Assembly (NCBI GenBank): GCA_965209155.1
Contig: OZ242383.1
Coordinates: forward strand, 3,200,001 to 3,264,000
DNA length: 64,000 nucleotides
Direction of reading: 5' to 3'
Source of the DNA: a bacterium
GTDB lineage: Bacteria > SAR324 > NAC60-12
This document shows positions 9,109 through 19,001 of this stretch, one piece after another. The stretch's first letter is position 1; each line of letters starts with the position of its first letter. The notes beneath the pieces are model-generated. The model did not search any database, was not told the DNA's origin, and worked only from the letters and a program-made list of their open reading frames with translations. The translations under genes were made by a program, and so were the position numbers.

Positions 9109-9981
9109 TTAACCTTTGGTAGCGCCTGCCGTGAGGCCTGACACGAAGTATTTCTGTAGCACGAGAAAGGTTACGATGATGGGCAGGCTGACAGTGACCA
9201 TTGAAGCAGCTAGTCCACCATAGTTCGTGTATAAAAAACCTATGTAGGTATTCTTGAACCCTATAGGAACCGTGGCCAGCGTTAAATCGGTAAGGAGTAT
9301 AATAACATACATCAGGTGATTCCAGGCTGCCAAAAATGAGAACATTCCGACGGCCACGAGCGCCGGAATAATGAGCGGCAGAACAATTTTGGTCAGGATT
9401 TGGAATCGATTGGCGCCATCGATGAGCGCGGCCTCCTCAATCTCCTTATCGATCGTGTCGATATAGGTTTTAAGCATCCAAATGGAGAAGGGTAGCACCA
9501 AACCGGTGACACCCAGGATGATCCCGGCGTGGGTGTTGAGTAAATTGAGCGATCGATAGACCAGGTAGATGGGTAACATGATCGCGACGTAGGGGAACAT
9601 CTGGGTCGAGAGAAGTGCTAGCAGCAGTGGGTTTTTGACGGGAAAGTCAAATCTTGAGAAACCGTAGCCGGCCAGGGCGGCCAAGACCATGGTAAGGAAG
9701 GTCACTGAGAAGGATACGATCGCCCCGTTTATGGCAAAGGTCAAAGTGCGACTGACCCCCCAATTTAACTCCTTGTACCCATCAGCTGTGGAAAGCCAAA
9801 TTTCCCTGTAGTTTTCTAGCGTCCACTCATTGGGTATCAGGGTGGGAGGCACGCTGTAAGACTCCTCCCAGCTCTTGAATGAGGTAATCGTTATCCAATA
9901 GAGGGGAAACGCAACGAAAACTAGGGCCAAAAGCAGAATGACGAACTTTGAAGTAGTAAGCAGATGTCTTGAGCTTGTCAT
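9109..9981 (-). CDS. Carbohydrate ABC transporter permease (MalG-like)
   Basis: EEAALIDGA loop; C-terminal GLTAGATKG. Confidence 0.92.
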   Translation of the reverse strand: MTSSRHLLTTSKFVILLLALVFVAFPLYWITITSFKSWEESYSVPPTLIPNEWTLENYREIWLSTADGYKELNWGVSRTLTFAINGAIVSFSVTFLTMVLAALAGYGFSRFDFPVKNPLLLALLSTQMFPYVAIMLPIYLVYRSLNLLNTHAGIILGVTGLVLPFSIWMLKTYIDTIDKEIEEAALIDGANRFQILTKIVLPLIIPALVAVGMFSFLAAWNHLMYVIILLTDLTLATVPIGFKNTYIGFLYTNYGGLAASMVTVSLPIIVTFLVLQKYFVSGLTAGATKG

Positions 9982-9982
9982 C

Positions 9983-10900
9983 TTAATCCCCCAGCACTTT
10001 CATACTTCTCAGATACAGGTAGGCGAATCCCGTAAGCGCCAACAACCAAACGACGCCGATGGCGGAGGTGAGGCTGAAGTTTAATTGTTCAATGGAGGTT
10101 CTGTATGCCAGATTCACCAGGATATCCGTCTTACCGATCGGCCCTCCCTGGGTCGTGATAATAACGATATCAATGAAATTGAAGTTCCATATCACCATGA
10201 GGGTCGTCGTAATGACAATGACATTTTTGAGGTAGGGCAGCGTGATGTACCAGAAACGCTGAAATCGGTTCGCACCATCAATCACGGCGGCCTCTTCGAT
10301 CTCCCCGGGAATGGTCTTGAGCCCGGCCAGGAACATGATCATGCAGAAGGGGAACGACATCCAAATGGTAGCTATGATCACGGCGGGCATGGCCGTATCC
10401 AAACCCGCAAAGAAATTTATCGGTTTGTCAAGCAGACCGATTTTCGTTAAGAAAAAACCGATAACGCCCCCTTTTTGAAGAGACATAAACATAAAGAGAA
10501 AGGCCACCAGGGCCCCCGGCAAGACCCACGGTATGATAAAGAATGCTCGGAGTATGCTATTTGTGCGGGTCTGTTTATTGAGCGCCAAGGCCAGCAGTAA
10601 ACCAACCAGGGCCGCTCCGGCCACGGAAGATATAGTGTAGACGAGCGTCACCTGAACCGAATTCCAAAAGAAGCTGTAGGCGAAGAGTGTCTTGTAGTTG
10701 GCAAATCCGACCCAGGGCGATTCGTCCAGCTGAAACAGGTTAACGTCTCGAAAGCTATTGAGAATCCCCAGCCCGAGTGGGTAGAAAATCAGGCCGAAGA
10801 CGACAAGCAAGGCCGGCAAGGTCAGCAAAAATCCATAAATCCTGTCCCTCGTCTGTAAGTTCAGCTTGATGCCGAGGGAGCCCATAGTGCGGTTCATCAC
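9983..10900 (-). CDS. Carbohydrate ABC transporter permease (MalF-like)
   Basis: WVGFANY, EEAAVIDGA and TQGGP motifs. Confidence 0.92.
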   Translation of the reverse strand: MMNRTMGSLGIKLNLQTRDRIYGFLLTLPALLVVFGLIFYPLGLGILNSFRDVNLFQLDESPWVGFANYKTLFAYSFFWNSVQVTLVYTISSVAGAALVGLLLALALNKQTRTNSILRAFFIIPWVLPGALVAFLFMFMSLQKGGVIGFFLTKIGLLDKPINFFAGLDTAMPAVIIATIWMSFPFCMIMFLAGLKTIPGEIEEAAVIDGANRFQRFWYITLPYLKNVIVITTTLMVIWNFNFIDIVIITTQGGPIGKTDILVNLAYRTSIEQLNFSLTSAIGVVWLLALTGFAYLYLRSMKVLGD

Positions 10901-11016
10901 CTGTGCGGTATTAAGATTATTGGCTCCTTTGGAGTCGTAAGATAGCTCATGGTGCTACCAATGTCGTTAAGGTAAAATGGGCTGTGTCATGTCCGAATGT
11001 ACTTGGAAGCGAAGCG

Positions 11017-11040
11017 GCGGGGCAGGACAGTGTCCCGCCC
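11017..11040 (-). terminator. GC-rich hairpin after the binding-protein gene (attenuator or mRNA stabiliser)
   Basis: GGGGCAGGAC-AGT-GTCCCGCCC imperfect stem between the SBP and permease genes. Confidence 0.4.
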
Positions 11041-11059
11041 CTCGGTGCGGTAACTTCTA

Positions 11060-12391
11060 TTACATACGGGTGACGATCTTAATGTTTGCTTCTGCTTCCT
11101 CCAATATCTCGTCAATCGGTTTATCCGTAAATACCGCTTTGTTCGCGGCATCAATGACGAATGGCGCCGCTCTACTCCACATTTTATGCAACCTTGGCAT
11201 TCTTACAAAGGGAAGGGAGTTGTTTTTCGCCGCGCGGTGTATGGCATTATCGTAGGGTCCGCCGGGCTTAAACATTTCCTTCTGCACACTGAGCGCGGGG
11301 GTAATAGTTTGATTAAAATGCCACAAGTTCTCTATCGCCCATGGATCGGTTGTAAACCAATAGGCAAATTTCCAGGCTTCTTTCTTCACCTTACTCTGTT
11401 CGGAAATAGCCAACTGATGGGCGACTGGCGGCGTTACCGGATCATCCCCCTTATTCAAGACGGGAAGTTTTGCCAATGTAACGCTCCCATCATAGAGCCC
11501 ACCGCCCCCCCAACGATCAGGATTAGCCGAAAGCAGATTACCTAGCAACCAAACCCCATCGATAAGCATTCCCAACTTTTCCATTGCAAACCCTCTTTCC
11601 CTTGGTGCCCCGATATCTTCCCCGGGACCATATAGCAATCCCGCTTTTGCCATCTTTCTCCGCCATTCCAGCCAGACCTTGGCTTCGGGGGTATTCAAAC
11701 CAATCTCACCCTCGGCAAGATTCTCCAGCGGAAAGACCCCAAAGTTCCAGGGCTCCCATATATTATGGTAATCCATCGTCCAATTCCAAGAAGGTACCCA
11801 AAAATAAAAATCTTCGCCATTGGATTGATCGCGTACCTTGATCGCGTTCTCGTATACCTCATCCCAGGTTTCCGCGATCCCAACATCATACTTCTTCAGG
11901 AGATCGAGATTGACCCACATGCTCGAAGGAGCCATCATCCATGGAATGGTATATACCGCATCACCTATTTTTCCTATGTCACGTGTATTTGGATCCAAAT
12001 CCGCCAGTTCTTCTGGTGTTGCAAGCTTGGTTAGATCGGCTAAAACGCCATTTATGGCAAGGTCGTAAAACCATAACTCGTCCAGCCACATGAGATCCGG
12101 TGCGTCACCCCCCGCTGCTCTCACCAGCAGTGACTGTGATGCATCACCCCAGCCAACACCTACCATTTGAATCTCCACATGGGGGTTTAGTCGCTCATAT
12201 TCCTCAATGGCTTTTTTTATAGCCTTTTGAGCTGGTGGCCACGCCCACTGAAAACTGTCGAATTGGATGACGGTTTTCTGGGCATACACGCTCCCAGCCA
12301 AGAAGACGCTTGCTCCCAGGATGAGAGCCAGCAGGGTTGCCCTGAAGGTTGATTTGCAGTTTAGATTAAACATAGCGATTATTGTTTTCAT
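11060..12391 (-). CDS. Sugar ABC transporter substrate-binding protein
   Basis: Signal peptide; AAGGDAPDL motif; upstream of two permeases. Confidence 0.9.
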   Translation of the reverse strand: MKTIIAMFNLNCKSTFRATLLALILGASVFLAGSVYAQKTVIQFDSFQWAWPPAQKAIKKAIEEYERLNPHVEIQMVGVGWGDASQSLLVRAAGGDAPDLMWLDELWFYDLAINGVLADLTKLATPEELADLDPNTRDIGKIGDAVYTIPWMMAPSSMWVNLDLLKKYDVGIAETWDEVYENAIKVRDQSNGEDFYFWVPSWNWTMDYHNIWEPWNFGVFPLENLAEGEIGLNTPEAKVWLEWRRKMAKAGLLYGPGEDIGAPRERGFAMEKLGMLIDGVWLLGNLLSANPDRWGGGGLYDGSVTLAKLPVLNKGDDPVTPPVAHQLAISEQSKVKKEAWKFAYWFTTDPWAIENLWHFNQTITPALSVQKEMFKPGGPYDNAIHRAAKNNSLPFVRMPRLHKMWSRAAPFVIDAANKAVFTDKPIDEILEEAEANIKIVTRM

Positions 12392-12702
12392 AAGATTCTC
12401 CTTAAAAAAATAAATGACAAAATGGCATTAACAGAATAGCGATTTTCGATTTCATAAGATTCTCCTTAAAAAATAAAAAAAATGACAAAATGACGCTCTC
12501 ACGCGCCCATGATTTTCAAAACGGGTTTTATTCCATAGGCATTTCCTCCTTTAATGATGATTTACTTCGAGTGTCTGACCGATAACCCTTTTCTCCCCTT
12601 AAATCGTCCCCTTGCTTCGCGTTGGGACGCGCTGCTTTGGAGTTTTAGTCAGGGACCTCTCCCTTCCTCAGCGGAAAGAATTGATTTGTTTGGAATAATA
12701 TA

Positions 12703-12718
12703 GGCAAGGATGGTGCCA
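12703..12718 (-). promoter_or_regulatory. Sigma54 (-24/-12) promoter for the ABC operon
   Basis: Minus strand TGGCAC-CATCC-TTGCC matches TGGCAC-N5-TTGC; lies between an enhancer-binding protein gene and the operon. Confidence 0.85.
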
Positions 12719-12807
12719 AAACGGTGTGGGATAGTCTAAGTGACTGAATTCACAAGAATAATTGATTGACAGAGGAAGTTTCGACAGGTTTTGAAAAGAT
12801 CGCAGAG

Positions 12808-12917
12808 TGGGGCCAAATGGCCCCATGCTACCGTGGATTTTCAGGGTAACCTACTGAAATATAAGGAAAAATTAAAACTGGGGTCATTTCGCCACATTAT
12901 GGGGCTCAAACACCCCA
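12808..12917. promoter_or_regulatory. Three palindromic candidate enhancer (UAS) sites TGGGG-N8-CCCCA
   Basis: 12808-12825 and 12900-12917 perfect; 12879-12896 has one mismatch (CCACA). Confidence 0.7.
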
Positions 12918-15900
12918 TAACTCCTCATCTTTTTAAAAAGTGTCTTTCGGTCAATGCCAAGCTTAGAAGCAACTTTGGAGCGGTTCCAATGGTACCTTTC
13001 CAATTGCTTCAGGATATATTCTCTTTCGAAATGCCCTATCGCGTCTCGGAGCAACTCTTCATTTGGCCGGATCGGTTCGAATTTCATCTCCGGCGAAGGG
13101 ACCGGCGCTTTTAAAGGGGCTCCCAGAAAATCCAGCCTCTTCAAGGAAACGTAGCGGTGCAACGTATTTTGGAGTTCTCTCACATTGCCCGGCCAATCAT
13201 AGGAAGTCAGAGCTTCCATGACAGCGACGGTGATTGTGGGCAGGTTCTTTGAGGGGGGGTGATTTTGCATAAAATGCTCGATCAAAAGGGGGATATCCTC
13301 TTTACGTTCCCTGAGAGGCGGCAAGTGAATGGGGATAATGTGGATGCGGTAGAGGAAATCCTCCCGCATCAATCCCTTTTTCACCTGTTCTTTTAAATCT
13401 TTATTGGTGGCGGCAATGACGCGAAAATCGGAGATTTCCGCTTCAAGTCCGCCTACTGGCGTGAACCCTCCGCCCTCAATAGCACGCAGCAGTTTGGCTT
13501 GCAGATTGGGGCCGATTTCACCCAATTCATCCAGGAAAAGCGTGCCTTTGTCTGCCTGTTGGAGCAGGCCGCGCTTATCCATGTTGGCTCCGGTAAAGGC
13601 CCCTTTTTTGTAGCCGAAAAACTCGCTTTCCAAGAGGGTTTCCGCAACGCCGCCGGCGTTGACAGCAACAAAGGGTTTTTCTTTTCTATCACTCATCTTA
13701 TGGATGGCTTCAGCCACCAATTCTTTACCGGTCCCTGATTCACCATAGACAATGACACCCGCATCGCTAGCCGCCGCCTTTAAGATCAATTCATAAATCT
13801 TTTGCATCACGGGGCTTTTGCCGATGATCTTTCCGAAGCGGTAACGCTCCTTAATTTTGACCTTCAGGCGGACATTCTCCTCACGCAAGGAGGTTTCGCT
13901 CTCTTTCAGTTCGTCCATTGCCTTTTTAAGGTTTTCGTGAAGCCTGGCATTTTCCAGGGAAATAGCGATCTGGGAGCTAAGGTGCTTGATCACCTCGAGT
14001 TGCCGGGAAGTGAAGGCCCCCTCAACCAGGTTATTTTCCAGGTAAATGGTGCCGCTCAAGGCGGAGTGATGAATTATCGGTGCGCACAGGATGGATTTAG
14101 GACGCTCCCTCTGGATATAATCATCCATGGCAAACCGTTCCTCGCGAGCGGCATTGTCCAAAACCAGGTGTTCCCGGGTTTGTTTCACCCAGGAGATGAC
14201 CGAGAGGGAGAGGGATTGGACCTTTTCCACAGGCAGGGAAAGCGGCAGGAAATATTCGACCTGCTCGGCGCTCCCGCGGGCAGCGATAAGAGACTGACCT
14301 TCGGTTTCCAGTATCAGGGCTGCTGTCTGGGCCCCGGCATTTTCTATGAGAATGCGGAGCAGGATCTCCAGCAGTGGTTCCAATTCGAGGATACTGGAGA
14401 TGGCCTCCGAGGCTTTGAGAATCGTCCCTAGATCCAGGTTGGCCGAAGGAGACGCCGCTTCAGCACGATCATCGGCAATCAGCCCGGGATATCGAGACTT
14501 CAGGTGGGCAACCTTCCGTTTTGCCCCCCAGGCTTCGTATTTTTCCATTGATGAGCGCAGGTAAGAGCCGGCGGCGACGTTCTGCCCCTGGTTGAGCAAG
14601 TACCTGGCTGCCAGTTCATTGGCCAGGGCTTCCTCGTGGATAAACTCGCTCTCTCTGGCCAAAGCGATGGCCTGGTCATAGTGGTGCATAATGGTATCGG
14701 GTTCACCCTCCAGAACCCGCATCCGCTCGGCTTCCACCAAGTGGTATTTATGCAAATAATTGGGCGGTGCGCAGCGCGCCAGTTTTTCCAATGTATCCTG
14801 ATGTTCATGGACTTGGGTGAGGATCTCCTCCTTTTCCCTGTCAGGCACCTGGCCGTAAACCGCGAGGAGAGCGAGGGATCGGTAGCAGTTGGCCAGGGGA
14901 TCAACAAGGGAATCCTTGTAGGTTTTCATCAGGTTGATCATTTCAAAAACCGTCTCCCGGGCTGCTTCGTATTCTCCAAACAGAGTTTGCAGCACCAGCT
15001 TTTGGTAATTAAAATGGCTCTGTTCATAATATGAGTACTCCGTGCTTGTCACCCTGTGGTATTGATCCATGATGCCGCTCGACAAGGTCGCAGGTTCCTC
15101 CATCAGAACCATGACCGTCTTCATCAGCATTTCGACCCGGGGAGACCCGAGAATATAATCGATCTTCTTGAGAGCAAGCTTCAGCGTCGATAATTCCCCT
15201 TTCAGCCAATTCAGCTCTTTCCCGCACATAAAGGCAATCTGACATCTTATGACAGCGCTTTGACCGGCATTGAAGAAATCTCCCGTTTCGATTCCCATCT
15301 GATGAGCTTCCAGCAAGGGATCCAATGACGCTGATAACGGCTCCTGGTAGAACCGGGTCGCGGTGTTGAAAGCAAAGGAAACTCTACCGTTTATTTCCTT
15401 CAGAGCAAGCGCTTCCATGAGCTGTATGCTCAGACGACCGAGTTCATAACCAAATTCAAAATCCTGCATAAACTGGCAATATATTATTCCAAGTTGACAA
15501 TAGAATTCGGGTGAATGTTTCGGATGAAAATGATTCAGCAGTAAAGAGATGCGTTTTGCAGCGATGGGCTGCCAAAGACCGCCATCCAAAGCAACCCCAG
15601 TCTCGCCATAGGCCATATGGATATCATAGAGGATATGGACAAGGACCTCGGCATCCGGTTGGGTGAGCGGCTCAAAGCGCATCACGTCCGCGACGCTTTT
15701 ACCGGCCAGGCTGGATTTGATTTGAGCGAGGGTCTGCTGCCACTGGTCTAAAGACAAACGGCTGAGTTGACACCCCAATTTCTTCAGAATTTCCGCGCCC
15801 GTTTCCATAGCCTTCTTTATTTCACCCCGGGTGGTGTACGCCTTGATCCGGCATCGATAAACATTGGCCAGGTCAAGGTCCTCTCGGGCGTTGTCTTTTA

Positions 15901-18697
15901 CGGCACCCGCCAGCTTCTCCATCAGGTCTGACCGGCCGCAGAGCCATGACATCTCTGTGGCCTCCTCATGCAGGGATAAGGCCAGGGGGTATTGTCGTTT
16001 CCAGGCGGCTTCTGAAAGCTCCAGGCCGATGGTAAAATATTCCAGGGCTTGTTCAAAAGCCGAAGCCGCTCTGGCCTTAAGACCGGCTTCCAGGTTGAGT
16101 TCTGCCAGGTGCGATCGTTCTTTCCATTTATCCTTCACCCTCCGGGCCAGGTTGAGATGGTGGACGATGTCAAAAAGCAGATCTTCACCTTTCTCCGGAG
16201 AGTATTGCTTGTGCAGGGTCTGACCGATTTGAAGATGGACCGGCTGTTTCTCCTTTTGCGCGATGAGGGCATAGGCGGCCTGCTGCACCCGGTCATGCAG
16301 GAATTTGTAGCTGCCACCCTCCGCGCTCGCTCCGGCCAGAGGATTATCCAGCTCCGGGGCCCGGGAAAAACCGAGAATCAACCCGGTTTCCAGGGCCGGC
16401 AACAGGTTCTCATAGATCTCCCCGCTTCCGGCTCCGCTGATGAGTCCCAACGATTCCAGGTCAAAGGTATTGCCGATACAGGCCGCCAGGCTTAAGAGTC
16501 GCCTGGTTTCAGAGGAAAACCGGTGGAGCCGGTCAATCAGCAAATCCACCACATTCTCGGTCACCGCCAGGAACTCGATGGCAGCCAGCTCCCAGATCCA
16601 TCGTTTTTCCTCAGGGGAGTAGTGGATCAGGTTCTTCTCGGAGAGTAGGGTTAAAAACTGGCTCACAAAGAAGGGATTGCCGCCGGTTTTGCGCACCAGG
16701 ACCTCGGCCAGCGGTTTGGCCTCCTCGGGAAGGCAGTGGCAGGTATGGACGAGCAGTTGTGAGATATCCTCCGGGTTCAGGGGCTTTAAGGGGATTATTT
16801 GCACAGGCAGACCTGATTTTTTGATCACCTCACGACTGATCGTCAACCGATGATCGGCCTCCACCTCGTTGTTGCGATAGGCTCCCAGGAAAAGCAGAGG
16901 TTTCCTCTCCGGATCCTGAGCAATGCGTTCCACCAGCTTGAGGGTATCGGCATCCACCCACTGCAAGTCGTCCAGAAAAATAACCAGGGGATGGGTTTTT
17001 TCACAGAAAACAGAGATGAACTCCAGTAAAACGGTAGTGAAGCGGTTGCGGGCCTCCTGCGCTCCCATTTCCGGTAGCGGGGGTTGCGGGCCGATCACCT
17101 GCTCCAATTCCGGGATCACCCGGGTCACCAGTTGTCCGTTGGGTCCCAGGGCAGTCCGTATCCTGCTTTTCCAACGCTCCATTTCGGATTTGTCTTCGGC
17201 CGATATTTCCCGGATGAGTCCCCGCAGCGCCTGGATCAGGGCGCTGTAGGGGATATTGTGCCGGAGCTGGTCAAACTTGCCGGAGATGAAGAAGCCGTTT
17301 TTTTGGGCAACGGACTTATAGATTTCACCGACCAGGGCGGTTTTACCGACACCTGCGGATCCCGAGATCAGCACCATCTCGGTCGCTCCTTGGCTGACTC
17401 GCTCCAGGGCAGCCTCCAGAGCGGTGATTTCATCCTCCCGGCCGTAAAGCCCCGGGGCGATCTGCAATTCTTTGGGAACGTCCTGGCGGCCCAGGGGAAA
17501 GTCGATCAGGCTCCCCTGTTTTTCGAACTGCTCCACACATGTCAGCAGATCGGCTGAAAGGCCCGAGTGACTCTGGTAGCGCGCCTCGGCACGCTTGGCC
17601 ATCAGTTTCATCACCAGGCGGGAAAGGGTTTTGGGCACCTGCGGCGCCACCTGGTCCAGGGGTACGGGTTGCCGGGCAATGTGAGCGTGGATGATTTCCA
17701 TGGTCTCCCGGGACCCAAAAGGCACTCTCCCACTGAAAAGTTCGTAAAGGGTGGCCCCCAGGGAATAAAAATCACTGCGATAATCAAGCGGGCGGTTCAT
17801 CCGACCGGTCTGCTCAGGAGAGATATAGGACAGGGTTTCCTCGCTAAGCTGAGGATTCAACGTCGTCGAATTTTCCCGGTGAAGCCGGGTGGCCAGGCCG
17901 AAGCCGGTCAGTTTGACCGTTCCCGTTGCCGGATCGACAAAAATATTGAACGGATTGATCATTTTATGCAAGATGCCCTGCCGGTGCGCTTCTTTCAGAA
18001 TACCGGTCAGAGAAAGCGCTACCTTCAGCGAGTCCAGCAGCTCGAACCGGGCGGCATCCATCAGATTTCTTAAAGGGAGCCCTTCCGTGTTTTCCAGGAT
18101 CAAAGCCCATCCGTTTTCACACTGCACCAGTTCCCGTGATTTGAGGACCCCATCGATCTTAAGAGCCTGAGTGATCTCATGCTCATGCCGCATTTCCGCC
18201 AGCTCCTGCGCGCTCTGCTGAGGGGAAGCCGATCCCTTGATCAGGACCGAAAGCTCATCGCTTTGCCGCCTGCCGCGCCAAAGCCTGGTCCGACTGCTTT
18301 CAAAAATGACCTCCTCCAGCGAGTAACCCGGAATCTCTGCATTTTCCCCACTGGAAACCAAGTTCGTGTTGTTCACAACCGGTTTTGGAGGTACAGGAGA
18401 CAATTTATCGTTTTGATCTCCTTTTTTATTCTTCGTATCCGCCGGATCACGACCCAGGACCACCTCATGCAGCAGGTTCCTGGCAATGTGGCGGGCTTCT
18501 TTGGCGGTCAAAATCCCATGCGTGCCAATGGTATAGCGCCTCAGGCGTCCCTTGATGCGATATTGCAGGAGATAAACCCGTCTGCCCTTGGGGGTTATTT
18601 TACAGCCGAACATCGGCAGCTCCGTATCCCAAAGGAAGCGGTCTTTTCTCTCGCATGACAGATTTTCGACGGAATGCTTGCTGATTTTACCTTTCAT
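12884..18697 (-). CDS. Multidomain sigma54 enhancer-binding protein: integrase Arm-type domain, pseudokinase, AAA ATPase, helical repeats, GAF, sigma54 AAA+, Fis-type HTH
   Basis: N-terminal LWDTELPMFG.KITPKGRRVYLLQYR...TIG.HG; GSAGVGKT and FLDDLQW; GESGTGKE, GAFTGA and WPGNVREL; C-terminal HTH. Confidence 0.9.
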   Translation of the reverse strand: MKGKISKHSVENLSCERKDRFLWDTELPMFGCKITPKGRRVYLLQYRIKGRLRRYTIGTHGILTAKEARHIARNLLHEVVLGRDPADTKNKKGDQNDKLSPVPPKPVVNNTNLVSSGENAEIPGYSLEEVIFESSRTRLWRGRRQSDELSVLIKGSASPQQSAQELAEMRHEHEITQALKIDGVLKSRELVQCENGWALILENTEGLPLRNLMDAARFELLDSLKVALSLTGILKEAHRQGILHKMINPFNIFVDPATGTVKLTGFGLATRLHRENSTTLNPQLSEETLSYISPEQTGRMNRPLDYRSDFYSLGATLYELFSGRVPFGSRETMEIIHAHIARQPVPLDQVAPQVPKTLSRLVMKLMAKRAEARYQSHSGLSADLLTCVEQFEKQGSLIDFPLGRQDVPKELQIAPGLYGREDEITALEAALERVSQGATEMVLISGSAGVGKTALVGEIYKSVAQKNGFFISGKFDQLRHNIPYSALIQALRGLIREISAEDKSEMERWKSRIRTALGPNGQLVTRVIPELEQVIGPQPPLPEMGAQEARNRFTTVLLEFISVFCEKTHPLVIFLDDLQWVDADTLKLVERIAQDPERKPLLFLGAYRNNEVEADHRLTISREVIKKSGLPVQIIPLKPLNPEDISQLLVHTCHCLPEEAKPLAEVLVRKTGGNPFFVSQFLTLLSEKNLIHYSPEEKRWIWELAAIEFLAVTENVVDLLIDRLHRFSSETRRLLSLAACIGNTFDLESLGLISGAGSGEIYENLLPALETGLILGFSRAPELDNPLAGASAEGGSYKFLHDRVQQAAYALIAQKEKQPVHLQIGQTLHKQYSPEKGEDLLFDIVHHLNLARRVKDKWKERSHLAELNLEAGLKARAASAFEQALEYFTIGLELSEAAWKRQYPLALSLHEEATEMSWLCGRSDLMEKLAGAVKDNAREDLDLANVYRCRIKAYTTRGEIKKAMETGAEILKKLGCQLSRLSLDQWQQTLAQIKSSLAGKSVADVMRFEPLTQPDAEVLVHILYDIHMAYGETGVALDGGLWQPIAAKRISLLLNHFHPKHSPEFYCQLGIIYCQFMQDFEFGYELGRLSIQLMEALALKEINGRVSFAFNTATRFYQEPLSASLDPLLEAHQMGIETGDFFNAGQSAVIRCQIAFMCGKELNWLKGELSTLKLALKKIDYILGSPRVEMLMKTVMVLMEEPATLSSGIMDQYHRVTSTEYSYYEQSHFNYQKLVLQTLFGEYEAARETVFEMINLMKTYKDSLVDPLANCYRSLALLAVYGQVPDREKEEILTQVHEHQDTLEKLARCAPPNYLHKYHLVEAERMRVLEGEPDTIMHHYDQAIALARESEFIHEEALANELAARYLLNQGQNVAAGSYLRSSMEKYEAWGAKRKVAHLKSRYPGLIADDRAEAASPSANLDLGTILKASEAISSILELEPLLEILLRILIENAGAQTAALILETEGQSLIAARGSAEQVEYFLPLSLPVEKVQSLSLSVISWVKQTREHLVLDNAAREERFAMDDYIQRERPKSILCAPIIHHSALSGTIYLENNLVEGAFTSRQLEVIKHLSSQIAISLENARLHENLKKAMDELKESETSLREENVRLKVKIKERYRFGKIIGKSPVMQKIYELILKAAASDAGVIVYGESGTGKELVAEAIHKMSDRKEKPFVAVNAGGVAETLLESEFFGYKKGAFTGANMDKRGLLQQADKGTLFLDELGEIGPNLQAKLLRAIEGGGFTPVGGLEAEISDFRVIAATNKDLKEQVKKGLMREDFLYRIHIIPIHLPPLRERKEDIPLLIEHFMQNHPPSKNLPTITVAVMEALTSYDWPGNVRELQNTLHRYVSLKRLDFLGAPLKAPVPSPEMKFEPIRPNEELLRDAIGHFEREYILKQLERYHWNRSKVASKLGIDRKTLFKKMRSYGVFEPHNVAK

Positions 18698-18698
18698 C

Positions 18699-18880
18699 GT
18701 CCTCCTGCCATTATAAATATCAAATAGAAATCAATGATGTTGCTTGACGCATCGATTCCACATGACTCATCGGGCAATGTCACCGATGTTGAAAAGGGAC
18801 AGTAATAAAATAGCAATCAATAGTCAACAGAATTATTTATCAAAGAGAATCCAGAAACGTCACTGCTGCTGAAAAGGGAC
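18699..18880. repeat. Diverged non-coding repeat, homologous to 4011-4170
   Basis: Same conserved blocks; internal direct repeat TGAAAAGGGACAG twice. Confidence 0.8.
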
Positions 18881-19001
18881 AGCAATCAAATAACATGATT
18901 GTGAAAAGGGGTCCGCTCGTCAAAAACGTTGGATTTGTGGGATATCATGTCAAAGGGAATGTTTGATCAAACGAGGTGCGAATACTTCAAACTCAAAAAA
19001 T

